A DNA stretch of 64,000 nt from Alphaproteobacteria bacterium (GTDB lineage Bacteria > Pseudomonadota > Alphaproteobacteria > UBA7985 > JAUIBT01): NCBI GenBank assembly GCA_030432195.1, contig JAUIHE010000002.1, positions 5,045 through 69,044 on the forward strand, in the 5' to 3' direction. Within the stretch, counting starts at the first letter, position 1. Every line of letters begins with the position of its first letter. The notes under the pieces were generated by a model. That model did not search any database. It saw only the letters and a list, made by a program, of their open reading frames with translations, and was not told where the DNA came from. The position numbers and the translations under genes are program-made. Of this stretch, positions 60,616 to 64,000 are shown one piece after another.

Positions 60616-61890
60616 GTGACTGCTCTTACTCCGGCAACCGCCGCTTCCGCGACTTTGACCCCGCCTGCTACAGCTATGAGCGGCCGATTGAGCCTGCCGG
60701 GCTCCAAATCCATTACCAACCGCGCACTGCTGCTCGCGGCGCTGGCCAAGGGGCGAAGCCGGTTGAGCGGCGCGCTGACCAGCGACGATACCCGCCACAT
60801 GTCTACGGCCCTGCGCGCGATGGGCGTGCAGGTCGAACAGCCCGACGAGACCAGCTTTTCGGTCGAGGGCAATGGCCGTTTGGCGCCCGCTGACGCGCCC
60901 TTGTTCCTGGGCAATGCCGGAACCGCGACGCGCTTCATCACCGCGGCCGTGGCGGTTCAGCAGGGCCGTTTTGTTGTGGATGGCGACGAGCACATGCGCA
61001 AGCGCCCCATTGCTCCCCTGGTTGACGCGCTAAAGCGTTTGGGGGTCAAAGCCAGCGCACCCAGCCAATGCCCCCCAGTGACCATTGATGCCAGCGGCGG
61101 TTTCGCGCAAGACAGCGTAGAAATCGACGGCGGCCTGTCCAGCCAGTACGTTTCTGCCATCCTGATGGCGGCGGCTTGCTTGCCCACGCCGTTTGATCTG
61201 CGCCTCGCGGGCGCTGACATCGGGGCCAAGGGCTATATTGATATCACCCTGGCGGTCATGCGTGCGTTTGGTGCGGTGGTAGAAAGCCCCGCTCCCGGCC
61301 ATTGGCGTTTGCAGGGCGGCGGCTATCAAGCCTGCGATTTTGCCATTGAGCCAGATGCATCGGCGGCGACCTACTTGTGGGCGGCCGAGCGCATGAGTGG
61401 CGGCAACATTGATCTGGGCGTTGATCCTGAAGGGATGAGCCAACCGGATGCCAAGGCGTGGCATGTGATCCAAGCCTGGCCCAACATGCCGGCGGTCATC
61501 GACGGCAGCCAAATGCAAGACGCTATTCCAACGCTGGCGGTGCTGGCCGCCTTCAACGAAACGCCGGTGCGTTTTGTTGGTATCGCCAATTTGCGGGTCA
61601 AAGAGTGCGACCGCACGGCGGCCTGTTGTGCTGAACTCAACAAACTAAAACCGGGTCTGGCGCAGGAGATCGGCGACGATCTGCTGGTCCATGGCGACCC
61701 CGGCTTGAAGGGGCAGACGACCACCGCCAAGATCCACACCTACGCCGACCACCGCATCGCGATGAGCTTTGCCTTGGCGGGCATCTTTATGCCGGGCCTG
61801 ACCATTTTGGATCCGGGTTGTGTCGCCAAAACCTATCCAAACTACTGGCGTGATATGAGCGCTTTGGGGCTGGGTGTAGCGCTGGCATAG
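60616..61890 (+). CDS. aroA: 3-phosphoshikimate 1-carboxyvinyltransferase (EPSP synthase)
   Basis: LPGSKSITNRALLLAALAKG, LGNAGTATRF, LRVKECDRTAACCAELNKL, DHRIAMSFALAG; GTG start suggested at 60616. Confidence 0.95.
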   Translation: MTALTPATAASATLTPPATAMSGRLSLPGSKSITNRALLLAALAKGRSRLSGALTSDDTRHMSTALRAMGVQVEQPDETSFSVEGNGRLAPADAPLFLGNAGTATRFITAAVAVQQGRFVVDGDEHMRKRPIAPLVDALKRLGVKASAPSQCPPVTIDASGGFAQDSVEIDGGLSSQYVSAILMAAACLPTPFDLRLAGADIGAKGYIDITLAVMRAFGAVVESPAPGHWRLQGGGYQACDFAIEPDASAATYLWAAERMSGGNIDLGVDPEGMSQPDAKAWHVIQAWPNMPAVIDGSQMQDAIPTLAVLAAFNETPVRFVGIANLRVKECDRTAACCAELNKLKPGLAQEIGDDLLVHGDPGLKGQTTTAKIHTYADHRIAMSFALAGIFMPGLTILDPGCVAKTYPNYWRDMSALGLGVALA

Positions 61891-61943
61891 CGCTGAAAAG
61901 CGGGCCAGATGCGCACGCTCGCTGGCGCGTGCAAGCGCAGCGA

Positions 61944-62423
61944 TCAGCGCAGCAACCGCTTGAGTTTACGCTGCTTTTCGACCTCAGCATCGGCGATGTT
62001 CTGACTGACCACCTGGGCTACATGGGCAAAGAAGGTCGGCGAAAAGCGTGCATAGGCGCCCGCATTGCCCGGCGGCGGACTGAAGGGCTCGAACAAGGGG
62101 CTAGGCCAGGTCACCTGATTGGCCCCAGTAGTGACCACCCAGGACCGTTCCTTCAAGCCAGCGCGCAGGCGTTCAGTGTGGGGGACGGCAAGGCCCTTGT
62201 CGGGCTCGCGCTGCTTCTTGGTACTGATGGCCAGCAGGGTGATTTGAAACAGGCCCGCGCCGATGGGCTCACGATGCAAAACCAGGACCGGGCGCACCTT
62301 GTCAGCGTGGTTCGGCGTGCGGGCGAAGTTGCGATTGACCCAAACATAGCGATAGCAGATCAGATCGCCGGCTTTGGGCGCGCGCGGTGGCAGATTGCCA
62401 AGGCTTTCGCTTGCCTTCATCAT
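61944..62423 (-). CDS. PemK/MazF-like protein, putative toxin
   Basis: KAGDLICYRYVW..DKVRPVLVLHREPIGAGLFQITLLAISTKK; ATGA overlap with the upstream small ORF. Confidence 0.6.
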   Translation of the reverse strand: MMKASESLGNLPPRAPKAGDLICYRYVWVNRNFARTPNHADKVRPVLVLHREPIGAGLFQITLLAISTKKQREPDKGLAVPHTERLRAGLKERSWVVTTGANQVTWPSPLFEPFSPPPGNAGAYARFSPTFFAHVAQVVSQNIADAEVEKQRKLKRLLR

Positions 62424-62680
62424 GATGCTTTGCTGCTGGCGGCGGCCTCTTGGGCAAGCCGCGCTTCTTCGTGCAAGGCGGCTTGCTCTTCGGCGCTCAG
62501 CTCGGCCCAGCTTAGAGCGTGGCGCTTGAAAGCCAACAGTTCGGCATAGTCGGAAAATGGCAGCAAGACGTGGCGCCCGCCGTTGCGGTCTTTGAGCCAG
62601 AAACGCTTGGGGCCGCGCCCGCGCAATAGGCGTGGGAGTTGGACCAAGAACGCCCGCTGCCAGTAAGTCTTGGTCTTCAC
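62420..62680 (-). CDS. Small protein upstream of the PemK/MazF-like gene, putative antitoxin
   Basis: With GTG start at 62680: 86 aa VKTKTYWQRAFLVQLPRLLRGRGPKRFWLKDRNGGRHVLLPFSDYAELLAFKRHALSWAELSAEEQAALHEEARLAQEA; Phd-like LPFSDYAELL segment. Confidence 0.5.
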   Translation of the reverse strand: MKTKTYWQRAFLVQLPRLLRGRGPKRFWLKDRNGGRHVLLPFSDYAELLAFKRHALSWAELSAEEQAALHEEARLAQEAAASSKAS

Positions 62681-63405
62681 GCGCTCGCGCCGTCGCCGTT
62701 CAATGAGGGATCGCTTGGGGCGTTGGTCCGTTTCGCGGCGTGGAGCTGGGTTTCGAGCTGCTCCAGATAATCGCAAACAATGCCCTCTGAGCGCAGGCTG
62801 GCCAGGGTTTGCGTGAAATACTCAAAACTGCTGCCCAACAGGCCTTCACCGGTCAGCAGCATATGAACTTTTTGCTTGGGGCAGATGGGCCCGGTATAGC
62901 GCCCGCAATCGGGATCAATGACAAAGGTGAGCAGCGGTGTGCGCTGGCCTTCGACCTCGCCGTGTAGCCACAGTGGGCGGTAGGAGCCCGACAGCATTTC
63001 ACGACGCCAGAGCAAGAACAGCTCGTGTTCTAGGTTGTGGGGGCGGACCCGAAAAGCGCGCCCTTCTGTCTGTCCGCCTTCGTCCAGCGCCAACACAAGG
63101 CCCGGCTTTTCCGGGCTGCCGCGTCCAAAGCGCGTCTTTAGGCAAAAACGGCGACGGTAGCCTTGAACCGTGGCTGGCTTTTTTTGGTCATAGTCGAGCA
63201 AGGGATTCCAAATCAGCGAGCCGTAGCCAAAGATCCAAACGCCTTGATCGGGGGCGTAGTCGCTTGGGGCAGCGGCCAAAGTCGCGCGCACAGAGGCGCG
63301 CAGTTGGTCGTCGCTCCACAACGGATAATCGAGCTTCTCGCCCAGGGCGTTAGCTTCCTGCCGCCAGGCATCGGAAGCCAGAAACTCTTTGGTCAGCGCG
63401 GCCAT
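62677..63405 (-). CDS. chaC: ChaC-like gamma-glutamylcyclotransferase
   Basis: VWIFGYGSLIWNPLLDYDQKKPATVQGYRRRFCLKTRFGRGSPEKPGLVLAL; probable start at 63405 inside ORF 62677-63564. Confidence 0.88.
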   Translation of the reverse strand: MAALTKEFLASDAWRQEANALGEKLDYPLWSDDQLRASVRATLAAAPSDYAPDQGVWIFGYGSLIWNPLLDYDQKKPATVQGYRRRFCLKTRFGRGSPEKPGLVLALDEGGQTEGRAFRVRPHNLEHELFLLWRREMLSGSYRPLWLHGEVEGQRTPLLTFVIDPDCGRYTGPICPKQKVHMLLTGEGLLGSSFEYFTQTLASLRSEGIVCDYLEQLETQLHAAKRTNAPSDPSLNGDGASA

Positions 63406-63493
63406 GGCGCTTGGTGTCCTTTCAGATAGGGCAGGTCTGTGCCTGCTGGATAGAGCCAACGCAGAGCTGTGCGTCAAAGCGGGGGCTTGGTGA

Positions 63494-64000
63494 CTAGGCG
63501 TCGATCTCTGCGCTTTTGTCCTGCCAACCAGCGGCCAGTGCTGCGGCTTTGGCCTCGGCAGCAAGATCGCGGATCTTCGTCCAATTCTTATCTGCGATCA
63601 AGTCTTTCGGCAACATCCAGGAACCGCCCGCACAAACGACGTTCGGGCAAGACATGTAGTCGGCCAAATTGCTGAGGCTCACCCCGCCGGTGGGGCAGAA
63701 GACTAACCCAGCAAGTGGGCTGGCCAGGGCCTTGATTGCTTTGGCGCCGCCGGAGGCTTCAGCCGGGAAGAACTTCAAAAATTGGTAGCCAAGATTGTTG
63801 GCGTTCATGGCCTCAGTCGCGCTAGCAACCCCGGGCAACAAGGGCAAGCCCGCGTCTTGAGCGGCCTGCAACAACATAGCCGGAGAGCCAGGGGACACGC
63901 CAAAGGTGGCACCGGCTGCCTTGGCCGCGTGGATATCGTCGCTGTGGCGCAGCGTGCCTGCACCCACAATCGCGCCCTGGACGTCGCGCGCCATAGCCTC
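63494..64000 (-). CDS. eda: KDPG aldolase (2-dehydro-3-deoxy-phosphogluconate aldolase), runs off the window edge
   Basis: VGAGTLRHSDDIHAAKAAGATFGVSPG, LPLLPGVASATEAMNANNLGYQFLKFFPAE, FCPTGGVS. Confidence 0.9.
   Translation of the reverse strand, partial: EAMARDVQGAIVGAGTLRHSDDIHAAKAAGATFGVSPGSPAMLLQAAQDAGLPLLPGVASATEAMNANNLGYQFLKFFPAEASGGAKAIKALASPLAGLVFCPTGGVSLSNLADYMSCPNVVCAGGSWMLPKDLIADKNWTKIRDLAAEAKAAALAAGWQDKSAEIDA

Noticed and set aside
1-64000. CRISPR arrays, prophage, integrase/transposase genes, secretion or BGC clusters.
   Set aside because: No spaced direct repeats of CRISPR type and no matching protein families were seen anywhere in the window.

Overview
This 64 kb window is high-GC chromosomal DNA, most likely alphaproteobacterial (ActSR/RegBA-type sensor pair, RegA-type HTH, gene families). 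It looks mostly like core genome. From left to right it holds: cobT; a redox two-component pair; leuS-lptE; an orphan TRAP solute-binding protein; thiM/thiE; an MlaC-like protein; a sugar transferase; a CDP-alcohol phosphatidyltransferase; uppP; gltD-gltB; a type-2 pyrF; a split autotransporter-like gene; paaX-paaABCDE with paaK/paaI on the opposite strand about 5 kb away; a cupredoxin gene behind two tandem palindromes; a DUF3604-like protein; class I fructose-bisphosphate aldolase; a solo AAA ATPase; plsC; a GST; an L,D-transpeptidase; crcB; rluC; a HAD phosphatase; a UbiH-like oxygenase; amtB; an aminotransferase; a long-linker ftsK; lolA; glpK; tRNA-Tyr(GUA); a TrmH-family methylase; aroA; a ChaC-like/putative antitoxin/MazF-PemK-like overlapping operon; and a KDPG aldolase at the edge. 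I found no CRISPR array, prophage, transposase gene or convincing large new system. The best leads are small: (1) a dispersed ~108 bp repeat with CTAGAGC termini and an internal hairpin, in three copies; (2) a shared TGTTACG-N-CGTAACA operator over both paa promoters; (3) a CsoR-like tandem palindrome pair before a cupredoxin gene; (4) a compact chaC-antitoxin-toxin-like operon; (5) an autotransporter-like gene split at a G6 run; (6) several short tandem repeats and hairpins between genes. All identifications come from reading the sequence and proteins; no database search was run.
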